From assembly GCF_009834535.1 (NCBI RefSeq), contig NC_045696.1, positions 10,914,001 through 10,978,000 of the forward strand: DNA of 64,000 nucleotides, written 5' to 3'. The position numbers and the translations under genes were made by a program. The notes beneath the pieces are model-generated. The model searched no databases. It was not told the origin of the DNA and was given only the letters and a program-made list of their open reading frames with translations. This stretch comes from Camelus ferus. Lineage: Eukaryota. Each line of letters starts with the position of its first letter. The stretch's first letter is position 1. Of this stretch, positions 24,820-37,860 are shown one piece after another.

Positions 24820-25920
<1,101 letters not shown>

Positions 25921-26144
25921 TCCCTTATCTCGCCCCCTAAGGAGCTTTGAACCAGCCTTGTTAACCTTCCTTCCCACCTACCTCTCTCCTTTCCCCGCAA
26001 AGGAATGGCTCGAAGTTTCCGAATCGTTTCCCTTTCAACGTAGTGGCAAATCCTGAAGCAGGAAGCTGATAAACAACTCCGAACGAAATACGCTCAAAAT
26101 TTTCCCTTTTGGTAAACATAAAGTAAAGGGGAAACTCAACTTAA

Positions 26145-26582
<438 letters not shown>

Positions 26583-28073
26583 TAATTCAGATTCAACCAT
26601 TTTTTCAAAGAAGACCCTGATAACCCCCTCATTGTATTTCATCTAGCAGGTCATGCTTTTATTTCCTTTTAACTAGACCTTATTTTCTTTTAATCTTTTT
26701 ATTTTCTTTTCCTTCCCCTTCTGCAGGTTTTTGTTGGGGTTAGGGGGAGATGCAGGTTTTGGTACAGGTTTTGCTTTCTTGGGTTCTAATGCTACTTCAA
26801 AAAGTAAATCTTTCTTTCCAAAGAAATATGGTTGCAATTTATAGCATAGCACATAAACCCATAGAATGGCTTGCTTGACATTTTTCCTGTGATGAACAGA
26901 ATTTCTTATTTGTCAGTTTTAGACATGGATTATAAGAGTATTTAATGTTATTGGAGTACCGTATGGTAAGGCTGTTATATTTTCATTAAGAGAACTGTAA
27001 ACAACCTTTAAACTTTCATGTTAGGTAGACGATTGATTTCGTATTATTAAGAAATTATTTTGACAGTTTATTTTAAAGAAAAGGACTACTGCGCCACAAG
27101 AAAAATAGTAGATTAGTAAGATTTGGGTTATTTTGTGGGCAGATGGATAAAATTAAAATAAGTTTAATTTGAATATTACATTTCTTAATATAAGATTTTG
27201 GCAGATAACTTCAGCTTGGGATTATTTCATATGTGATTGTATTGTTAGAGGCTTTCTAGTGACAACTACTTGTTCTGTATCATGTTTTTTGCTATGTAGG
27301 ATCAGTTTATTTATTGGTCATATTTTTATCAATTAAAAATAGCGTTTAAAGGGTATACTTACAGATACAAGCCGCAAAATATTTTAAACACTAAACTTTC
27401 TCAAGTTTCAGTAGTGAAGAGCATAAGTCTATAATCTTTGCATACAGAATATTAAATTAATATCAGTTAAACCTAATCTTAATACTCTAAAGTGGAAACA
27501 TTTTATCCGGATTGGGGAAAAGGATGGTGACATAATGAAAAGTCTTAAGCAAAGAACAGCGCATAAGAAATACGTGTTTTTTGGTACATATAGTAACGTG
27601 GTTTGAGGGAGCAGGAAGAGGATCTGTATGTTCTAAGAAACAAATATTAGTAATATTAGTTATTTTCAGTCAGTATGGACTTAATTCATTTAAACTGTTA
27701 TTTATACTTAACCAAAATATAACTTGCTACAGTATTAATTTGCATAGCATATTTCTTCATACTACAAATATAACTCTTAGATTCTTGAATTCTTAATTAA
27801 AACCATCTGTAGGAAAAAAATATTTGTTTTAATATGTGAAACATTTTTCAGCTGCTTGTGTTTTTTTGGTGACATCTGATTTCCTAATTTGTCTAAATTC
27901 TAAATGTTCCTTTAATTGTGGTTACTGATAATAATGGGAAGTCCAATTTTTGGCTACAAAGTACAGATTAGCTATTAGTTATTAAGGTTATTGCTCTATT
28001 TTACTCCAAGATCAGGAAGCCTCAGGATAATCCTACTTCCAAACCTTCAGCAGTCCTCTTTTATGCCAAATCA

Positions 28074-28104
<31 letters not shown>

Positions 28105-31100
28105 CACTCCCCAAACCATCCATTTGGCATTAACATTCATTTTGAGAAAAAAAATATTAAAAAATTGTCTTAACTATTTATTAATTCTATTTATTTTCAT
28201 TAGCTTTAGACTATATAAGTAATTCAGGGGGAAAAAAACCTTTAAATGTAAAGTTTGTAAAGCTAGCATAAATGGATATATACTTTCTTGGGTATGTCAT
28301 TAACGTTTCTATTATAAGCTTTAATACTTAAATATTAACATTTAAGAGCTAACAGATTTTTTTAAATAAATAATTTGACTTGTAAAATTAATTTGACCTT
28401 CAATTTGGAGTAATACCGAGATGTGTATTGTGCTACAGAATGTTCATCTTTAAAACCTTCACATTTTTTCAGTGCCTGTTGTACTTAGGGAACTGAGCTT
28501 GGACAATACTGAGGTGTTCTGTTTATCTTTAACAGTCCCAGTCCTTTGAATTTCAATGCATTCTGCGTATTAATCTACCAGAAGGATTTTCCAGAATCAT
28601 TTTTGATATAAAACCAAAATGTAACCCCATTTTTCAGTAAGATTCAAGTTCAGTCTCCTCGACCTGTCAATCAAGGCCTTCCACAGTTTGGCCCCATCTT
28701 GTTGGTTCACTGTTGATCTCCTTTAAGGACGCCTCTGATGTTTCCTCAGCGCTTTTCCAAAGTACCATGCTTTCTCCAACCCTCATCATGCTGTCCCTCT
28801 TCCCTCCAAGACTGTTAGAATGCTTTTCTGTACTTTTCCAGTTGAAGCCTGTCAGTTCCAGCTCAAATCTTCCTTCTTGAGAATCTGCCTCCATCTTCTC
28901 CCCCCACCCTCCACCCCCAGCTCACTCTCCTCCCTTCCTTCCCTTCATTTTTTGTAGAACTTAGTCTGTGTTGGAGATGACCACCTTTTTATATGCTGAT
29001 TTTGTTGTTGTCTTCAATCCTGTATACAGGTAGTTTTCTTGAATGTAGATGGTGAAGATGACCCAAGCAGGAACCCAAAGTTTCTGATTGCTCTAGGCTG
29101 CAGTTGCCTGGCTTTAAAGTTTAAACAGTTAGACATCTTAGGCAATACATACCATGGAGGATTGGCAATCACTTAATTTTCTTGGCGTAGGCCAGATGTG
29201 CCATGAGATACCCAACATGAACATCTTTCATATTATTAGCTGTATTAAAAAACAGAGCGCAAATAACAGTAGTAATCTCAGATCATGGATCCTCTTAGGG
29301 GATCCACTAATCAGTCCAGCCTTAGAAATCTGTCTTTATGTCGATAAAGATGTTAAATCAGTCATGATGCCATGACTTAATCAGTCAACGATCCAGTGAT
29401 TTTCAGCCCTAGACACACATTCTATTTACCTTGGGAGTTTTTTTTTTTTTTCCTCTAAACAAATCCTGGTGCCTGGGCTCCAGCTCCCCAGAGATTCTGG
29501 TATAATTAGATTGGGATGACCATTTCTGAGCATTGTTTATATACGCCTTTCTGTGATAGATTATAGCATAACTATTTTGGCTTGCAAATTTTATCCAAAA
29601 TAGCCATGTTTCCAGAATTTTAATGCTATTATTATCTCTTATGGGATCAGGAATGAGTTTGCTTGAAACCCGCAGCCTGAACCACATGCTACCATTCCCG
29701 TAGCACTTTTAGTCTAGTGCTTTCGCAGAATGTGAAACTGTTCGGGTCTCTGTGTCTGGATGCTGCACTCCTTGAGGAAAAGGTCTTAGTAATCTTTGTA
29801 TCCCTAGTATTTAGTTCAGTGTCTTACTTACATTGCAGAATAAATGATTATTAAATATGCGGCATAGGGGGAAAGACTAACCTAAACTAGATTACAAAGT
29901 TGGCAAAGGTGCGATCTTCTGTTTGAAAGTAGGGTACCTTTTCCTATGAAATTTATTTTCTGTCTTTTAAAGAATTGCTGTTTGACTGAACTGCTGATAT
30001 ACAACACATACGTTACACATTATTAGAATTTGTTATAGAAAAATTCTATTGGAAATAGCTATTAGCTACATTATTAAGGCTTTTTAGAAATACCAGTTAA
30101 ACTGTGTGTGATGAATGTTATTTATAACTTCCGTAAGTACTATTAACAATTTGTTTTAAAATTACTTTTCTTTAGATGGAAAACATTTTCATTATTGATT
30201 TTTCTTTCATTGCATATATTTATTTAAAAAAATCTTCTGAAACATTCTTTTCCTTATATAAGTTAATATGTTTTTTCAGTAGTATGTCCATTTTTAGTAT
30301 TACTTATTTTTGAAAATGTTGGTCCAGAAAAAAATGTTCAGCTAACCTGAAAATTTGATGGACCAGTGGTAGAGTGTAGCACGTGGACTCTCTGTGACTA
30401 GTATGCTGTGTCTAAACCAGCATAAGCAGCAAGTGTGATGGTCAGCAAGTCATAACACTACACATTTTTTCTTGGAAACTAATTTATCAAGACATACTAG
30501 AAGACATCTATCAGTTTTGTGTCGAGTTCAGTTTTCCTCCTCATTCTACAGTTACGCACATGAAAAGACCATCATGGGGCAGGGGGGACAAGTAGCCAGT
30601 CAGACAGATACATGCACTCAGTTCACAAGCTATCTCATTATTTTATAGTCTATGTCATACTTCAGTAAAGATAAATAATTTACTTCATAATTACATTCTA
30701 GTTAAAAGATGAAGAAAAGAGAAGATCAGCACGTGGGAAATGGAGGATGAGTCTAAAAACAGGAATTAGGGATTGCCTCATTAAAAGATGGGGATGTAAG
30801 ATGTTGATGTAAATTCCTAACTTAAAAAATTTGAGCTTTTGTCCTTCTTGGTATCACTTGCTGGTGCGGTAGTAGGTGTTCATTGCTTTTATCTGCCTAG
30901 TGGTGAGATTATTTTCAGGCTTTAACTCTGGACCTGGTTTTACCCCAGATCGTCTAAGTTTCTTTGTCTACCTTCTTTTTTTCCTTTAGCATGGAAACTT
31001 GAGCCACAGAACTGTAGGACGATATTCTGGAACTCTATCACAGAATGTGAAGTGTCCTGCCATTTCTTTGAAATTGCATGCCATAAAGGAGTAATACTTG

Positions 31101-31140
31101 CCATTTTTTGGACACTACTCTGCTAGTCACAACATTAAGC

Positions 31141-31685
31141 CAGAGGTTCCTAAACTTTATTGCTTCATGGTGTCCTTCATGTCTCATTAAGTTTTTAACA
31201 GCACCCCTAAGGCACAGTTCTGTTCATTAAATAGTTAGGTACAAACAATAAATATTTATGTCCTAACAACTTCAGTAGATGTTTGGAAAAAATAATGCAA
31301 GTAAATTGAAAATAATTAATTTCCTTTATAAATAACCAGTTACTTAACTTATGGCATGATACGCCTGTTGAGCACTGAACAGCTTTTCAAACCTTGGCAT
31401 CAGATTGGACAGCACCACCCTCATTTCCTGTTGCAGGTTGATTTTGGAGTGGTATTTGCTTTTTATCACAGCAACCATTGGAAATCCAGCTTCACAAAGA
31501 TATGATGTCATGAAGGAATGTACTGCAATCGAATGTTAAAACTTTGAACTACCTTCTGCTAATAATAGTTCAGGCAGTGTCCAGGTCATGTTGAGCATCT
31601 CCAGGTTTCCTTCCTTTTAGAATATCCCTTGTCTCTCCTGGGAGTTTGCTGAAGTGTCCTGGAGCATCTCAGCATATAGTTTAGA
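31141..31685. mobile_element. hAT-Charlie-type DNA transposon relic
   Basis: Begins CAGAGGTTCCTAAACT (Charlie-type terminal repeat); subfamily not determined. Confidence 0.5.
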
Positions 31686-31938
31686 TGGTGGCATTAGACA
31701 TGCTTTATTTTATTTAATTCTGTGGGTTGTACTTTTATCCCCATTTTGCAGATATGGAAACTGAGGCTTGGAGAGATTAAATAACTGCTCCAGTGACATG
31801 TCTTACCATTTGTTTTTTTTTTCATTGTAATTATTATTTGTGCTGTTGTTAGGGTGGTGGTTATCATTTTTAGGGTTGGGGAACGAAGAGCAAAAAGAAA
31901 GAAATGCTGATAAAAAAGACTTTACAGTTGAGTGAAAT

Positions 31939-32547
31939 TATGGTTGGTGAGGTTCTTGTCTCATCTCAGAAAGAATTCGGAAATGAGACACAGAGGTCAT
32001 GAAAGCAAAGCAAGGATTTATTAAGGGATAGATAGTACGCTCTCAAGAAAAGAGTGGGCAGACGCAGGTGGGTAGTTGCCCCGAGTTTCTTTAGCAAGTT
32101 GTTTATATGGGTGTAAAAATGAATGGACAGAATATTCTTTGGCAAGAAGGGGTCTGGGGTCATCTTTTCTGATCTTCATCCCAACTCCACCTTCCTAGTG
32201 GGGGAGGAGGGATTTTTTTTTTTTTTTGTCCTTAGCCTTGATTGGGAAGTCAGATGAGGTCATAATGAACAAAATGTTGCGTTTGAATGGGGTATCATAA
32301 GTGAAAGGTTACATTTGGATGGAGGTCATAATGAGTGGGGGATGGTGGAGATTCCTGTCTTGTCCCACCTTTCTTTGCCTCCAGGACACTTGTCAACCCA
32401 GAATGTATGGTTTCTTATCAGCCTGGAGGATCCTGCTTTTCTTGGTCTGTCCAAGGACCCTCATTGTTCACAAGATGTATATTTTTCTGCCATTTGGCCT
32501 GTGTCCCCATTTCTCTGCTCGTATCTAGCTGCCTGCCTGCTCTAACA
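31939..32547 (-). mobile_element. ERV solo LTR (probably ERV1 class)
   Basis: Minus strand starts TGTTAGAGCAGGC; TATAAA (32107-32102) and AATAAA (32022-32017) in U3-R order; possible 4-bp TSD AAAT at 31935-31938 and 32548-32551. Confidence 0.8.
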
Positions 32548-33329
32548 AAATGGGCAGCATTTTCTAATGAGTTTCTAATGTGTTAAATTTGCTGTGTATT
32601 TTTGCCTATAAACTATTAATACATAAGAGGGAAGCATGGTTTGGTTTAGCATTAGGTCATTAAAAACAAAGTTTTTTCTCTGGGCCAAGTTAAATGTCAG
32701 GTTTTTGAATTTTGGATGATAAGCATAGTAGGTGGTGATGACAAGCAGTGTGCATAGTTTTGTTTTTTTTTAATTGCCAAATGCTGCCAGTCAGCATGAT
32801 TGCCCTTTAGATAGTTGCAGTATCTTATCTCTGTTTCAGAAAAAATTTCAAGTTGAGGGAAGAAATGACTTTTTATAGTTGACTTTTTCTGCACAAAAAT
32901 AATGAAATTTAGACTTGTTAATGTATCACTTTATGTTAGGGTTGCAAAAATTCATCTTCTTTTTGTAAATAATTTTTGGAATGTTCATCTTTAATAGAAC
33001 AGAAAGTAAATAGCAACTTAAATACCACTGCTTAAAAAAAAAAAAATCAACCTTTCTCCTCCATCCTGGGCAGCATGATTAGCCTACTAATGTAGGGCCA
33101 AACTGATAGTTCTAAATGTTTTCGTTTCTTTAACTTTGCTGTGAGGAGATAAAAGGCGAAGGGAAAATTTCTCTCTCACTGAACAGTAAAACTTTGTTAT
33201 GTGACTTCTTAAAGCATGATTTCAGGTCTATCAGATGTTCTAAATTGTAGACAGGATTAAATGGTTCAAAATTGTATAATAGCAGGACAGTGACTTAGGG
33301 ATATTCACTTCTGAGCGTGATGCTGTGAC

Positions 33330-34910
33330 AGGATCTGGATTTACCTTCCGCCGTAGACAGCAACAATAACACTACAAACAAAATATGTGAAACAATTTTC
33401 AGACATTAAACAATAGGCAACACAAAACATAGAAGGGGAACAAATGAGGTGAGTCTCACAGTAGCTCCAGCCGACTGCCCTGGGAGCTTCCAGGCTACAG
33501 CTGCGGCAGGGTGAACCCAGACAGAGCCTGGCCATCTCCCTGAGTGGAGGAGACAGTTGGACTTTGGGGAAACCAGAGCTAGAATTCTCAGGACTAAGTA
33601 CCAGAAAAGGGATAACGGCACTGAGCTCCTGAGATGTGTAGTGGGTTCCACTTGAGACGTCAGAGGAGTTCTGATTGGTACCAGTGTGTGAGGCAGCTAC
33701 CAAGGCAGAGAAAGAACCACCAAAAAGGAGCAAGAGGGAAAATTCCTGGGGCTCACCCAGGCCTGGGAATAGTTCATGCTCCAAACAGCCCAAATGGAGA
33801 AATCTGGTAATACTCGGGGAACTGGGTTGAACGCTCAGAGAAGGGGCTGTTGCTTCAGTAGCCGGGCTAAATAGCCCTAGGCCAAATGCCGTTCTGGTCC
33901 TGCCCGACAAACAGCTTATAAGCAGGACCCAAAGGGATCAGACTGTTTCCAAATAACTTAATTTCCAAATAATTTAACTCTATCCCACAACAAAGTTTAA
34001 GAATGTTTATAGGAAGACAAAATGTATATACATATATCCAGCATTCAACCTGGTAAATTTCAGTGTCTGGCCTTCAATTAAAAATTATCATGCCTGCAAA
34101 GAAGCAGGAGAATATACCCTGTAGTGAGGGGAAAAGTCAATCTGTAGAAACAGATGTTAAAATCAATAAACAAGGACATTAACATTAAAACAGCTATTAC
34201 AAAGATACTCCATATGTTCAGGAACATGCAGTTAATGAGCATGTTAAGGAGAGACATGAAAAATGTGGAAGACCCAAATCAAACTTCTAGATATGAAAAC
34301 AACAATATCTGGAATGAAAAAAAATGCAGTAATAGGGATTAATAGATTAGACATTGCAGAATAAATGATTGGTGAATTTGAAGACAGAATAATAGAAACA
34401 ACCCAAAATGAAACACAGGAAAAGACTAAAGTAGATAAAACAGAGCATCAGAGGGCTATGGGACAACTTCAGATGGCCCAGTATATATGTGTGGTTAGAA
34501 TCCTAGAAGGAAGGGAATGGAGCAGGAAAATATTTGAAGAAATAATGGCAGATAATTTTCCAAATTTGTTGAAAACTATAAATCCACAGGTCCAAGAAGC
34601 TAAATGAACCCAAGCAGAAGAAACATGAAGAGAACTACACCCAAATACATGATCAAGTTGCTTAAAACTAATGGCACAGAGGAAAATCCTAAAAACAGCC
34701 CAAGAAAAAGAAAGACGTATGTGTAGAAGAATCAAGATATGAATCGTGGTACACTTTTCTTTAGAAACAATCCAAGCCAGAGAACACAGAGCGAGGTCTT
34801 TAATGTACTGAAATGGAAAAAACAAAACCAAACCTGCCCACTAGGATTCTGTACCCAATCACAAACAAAGATGATACAGACTTTTTCAGGCAATCCAAAG
34901 CTTAAAAAAA
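33330..34910 (+). mobile_element. Old L1 5'UTR plus degenerate ORF1
   Basis: ORF 34365..34607 contains IFEEIMADNFPNLLKTINPQVQEA, a typical L1 ORF1p segment; reading frame is broken. Confidence 0.88.
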
Positions 34911-35484
34911 ATGAGCCAGTTTTGTTGAGAGCAATTTAAATAGTATTGTTTTTCTTTGCATCTAGTGCCAACATTTTCAGAAATTCTGAGATTGTCAAGT
35001 CTGAATCAGTGAGATTTTATTACTTAGTTATGTTTAAACTGTAAATTTGAAAGATCAGAAAGAGTGGAATGGATTAGTGCAATTGGCGTTATCCTTGTGA
35101 GAAGAGTGCTAAAAGGAGATACAACTTTAAAAATTGCACACATTGTTACTGGTGATGGTTTAAATTCGCTAGAGTTTTTATAATGGTTATTAGTAAGAAT
35201 TTATCTTTTTCCACTAAAATAGATTTTGTGAATATAAGCCATTGGTGCTTCTATGTGATGTTATGTAATATAAGCAATGCATTCAAATTGGAGTGCATTT
35301 CATAGCTACCGAACTATTCAAATAACTGAGTAAATACGGCATTTAGAAATGTGCATTAACTCTTCTTGGTCAATTGGACACTATTTAATTACTCCCTCAG
35401 TTCAAGTTGAAAGAATTTATGTGCTCTTTACATTCCGGGATGATTTTGAGATAACTAAGTTAGTTAAAAGAAAAAAATAAAAGA

Positions 35485-35616
35485 GGGGAGGGTATAGCTC
35501 AGTGGTAGAGGGTGTACTTAGCAAGCATGAGGTCCTGGATTCAATCCCCAGTATTTCTGTCAAAAACAAACAAACAAACCTAATTACCTTCCCCCAAAAA
35601 ACAAATAAACAAAAAG
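35485..35616 (+). mobile_element. tRNA-derived SINE (Vic-1-like)
   Basis: GGGGAGGGTATAGCTCAGTGGTAGAG...GGATTCAATCCCCAGTA followed by (AAAC)n and an AACCTAATTACC tail segment. Confidence 0.9.
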
Positions 35617-35829
35617 ATACCACTTATTAAATTATTGGCTTAAACATTAAATATTCCTATATGTTGAGTCATTAAGATACTCTACCATTTTTTTTGTAGT
35701 CTCCTTAAATAAGTATGAAGTATATTTACTTACATAAACTGAGTCTTAGCAGTAAATATTTATTATGGGTTGTGTTTCATTTTATCCACTAGAAGACCAT
35801 AAGATTGCTGTAGTCTGTCTAATACCTTA

Positions 35830-36120
35830 TTAAAATGTAGGTAAAGTCTTTTAATATCCTGTGGATCATGTGCAAAGTATGGGCAGGATGAATCTTATTA
35901 AGTAAATTTCTAGCTGGAATCTTGTTATTAAGTAAATTAGTGCTTATTAATGGTCTGTCTTGGTCAACATTGGGGATATGTCTCTGGCCTACCTTGTTTA
36001 ATAGTTTCATCATTCTCTTGGAGAATGGGGTGGAAAGTGTAGTTGTCAGATTTGTAGATGTTGCAAAGCTGTGTGGGATTGATACAGAGCTGGGTAGAAT
36101 AATTAATTATTTTGGATGAC
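35830..36120 (+). mobile_element. CR1/L3 LINE reverse-transcriptase relic
   Basis: ORF 35922..36119 LWPTLFNSFIILLENGVESVVVRFVDVAKLCG resembles CR1 RT LGPVLFNIFINDL...KFADDTKLGG. Confidence 0.7.
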
Positions 36121-36429
36121 ACAACTGAGATCCAGCTTTTTCAAACCGAGATTGTGGGTTACAGCCCACAAAATGAAAATGCACTCCCTGTTACAATGGA
36201 CTAGTTTGAGGTTTGGGTCCATTCCCGAACGAACTGCTGTGGCTATAGTGATGTCAGGTGCTACTTAGATCAGGCAGATGGTGGGCAAAAGAAGGTAGAA
36301 ATTACTGTGATTGTCTGGATTCCTGTGATACCCCGCCTGTGTGGTGTATGATGGCTACACAGCAAGGGAAGGTTGGCATGGATGCTGGGTTGGTGGTCGT
36401 ACTGACCACTGCATTCCTTCAAACCTGCT

Positions 36430-37860
36430 CTTCCCTTGGTCCTCCTTTTCTCGGTGGATGGCTCTCCATCCACTGAGCTGTTTAAACCAGAACTTAAGAA
36501 TCACCCTCTACATCTCCTCTTAGCACATTCACTCTGGTACCAAGTCCAGTCCACTCAGCTTCCTAATTTCATAGAGAACCTGTGCAGTTCACCGTTTTCA
36601 CTAGTTCTACACTGGTTCTACAGTCAGGCCACTGTAGTCTCTTTCATGGACCAATATAAAAGCCTTCTTAACTGGTCTCCCTGCTTCCACTCCCCCTACT
36701 CACTCTCGAGTGTTTTTAAAAACACAGTTTAGATCTTATTATTCCCCTGTTTAATACCCTTTAGTGGTTGACCACTCAACTTAAAATCTAAACTCTGAAA
36801 TGACCTGCGATAAAATTGAGTTCCTGCCTCCCTCCCTACTATCTTGTCTTTTGGTTTCTGTGTTCCAGCCACGTTGACCTCTTTATAGTTCTGAATGTGC
36901 CAAATTCTTTCTGGTCTCAGGGTCTTCACATATGCTCTTCCTTCTGCTCAAAAAAAATTTTTTTTTTCTGCTCAAAATTTTATTTTTGAAAATAAACTTA
37001 TTCGCACATGTAGAAAAGTACATAAACCATAAATGTACAACTTGATGAATTATTACAGAGTGAACATATTCATGTTACCATACTAGGTTGAGAAGTAGAA
37101 CATTATTGCTGGCTCTCCAGAAGATTCTCTCAGTTCCTTTCCAATTATTATCTCCATCATGATCTGCAAAGATAATCACTGTCCTGACTTCTTGCATCAT
37201 AGATTAGTTTTAACTGGTTCTCAGCTTAACATAAATGAAATCATTCAATATGTATTTTATTGTGTCCAGCTTCTTTCATTCAGTGTTTTGTATGAGAGAT
37301 CGTTCGTGTTGTAGCATATAGCAGTAGTTCATTCATTTTCATTGCTCAGTAGTAATCCGTTGTATGAATAGTCCAATATTCTGTTGACGTTTGCTTTATT
37401 TCCATTTTTCCCTATTATGAATACACTAGTATGAACATCCTTGTACATGTCTTTAGGTGCACATATGTGCACATTTCTGTTGGATATTTTCTTAGGAATG
37501 GAATTTCTGGTCATAGGTTATGTGTATGTTGCCTGGAACATTTTTACCTCCACTCTTCATTTGGCTAACTTCCTGTTTATTCTTCAGGTTTCAATTTATG
37601 GTCACTTCTGCAGGCAGGCAGGCCTGTTCTAATCAACACCCTCCCCAACAAATAATTTTAAATTAGGTCCTCCAATTGCAGTCTGTTGGGGCTCCATCAT
37701 TGTACTTAGTATAGTTTATAACTTTGCATTTATATGAATATAGAAAGCCTGTCCTCCTAATAGAAGGTATTAGGGCACTGGCTCTTTTATTCCTAGTACC
37801 TTGTCAGGGTCCTGGTACATGGTAGGCATTCAGTAAATACTTGTTATGTGAGTGAGTGAG
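36430..37860 (+). mobile_element. L2 relic interrupted by an antisense L1 3' fragment (about 36978-37530)
   Basis: L2 3' motifs (cctggtacatggtaggcattcagtaaatac) around an L1 minus-strand segment (ORF 37329..37514 resembles the L1 ORF2 end). Confidence 0.7.

Noticed and set aside
28079..28103. Long poly(A) run as a retrocopy tail
   Set aside because: No recognisable upstream element or TSD; treated as a simple homopolymer.
29285..29305. TGGATCC...GGATCCA inverted repeat
   Set aside because: The 7-bp arms are too short to exceed chance in 64 kb, and there are no pre-miRNA or snoRNA features.
33341..33910. 189-aa minus-strand ORF
   Set aside because: It is antisense to an old L1 5'UTR and has no recognisable domain.
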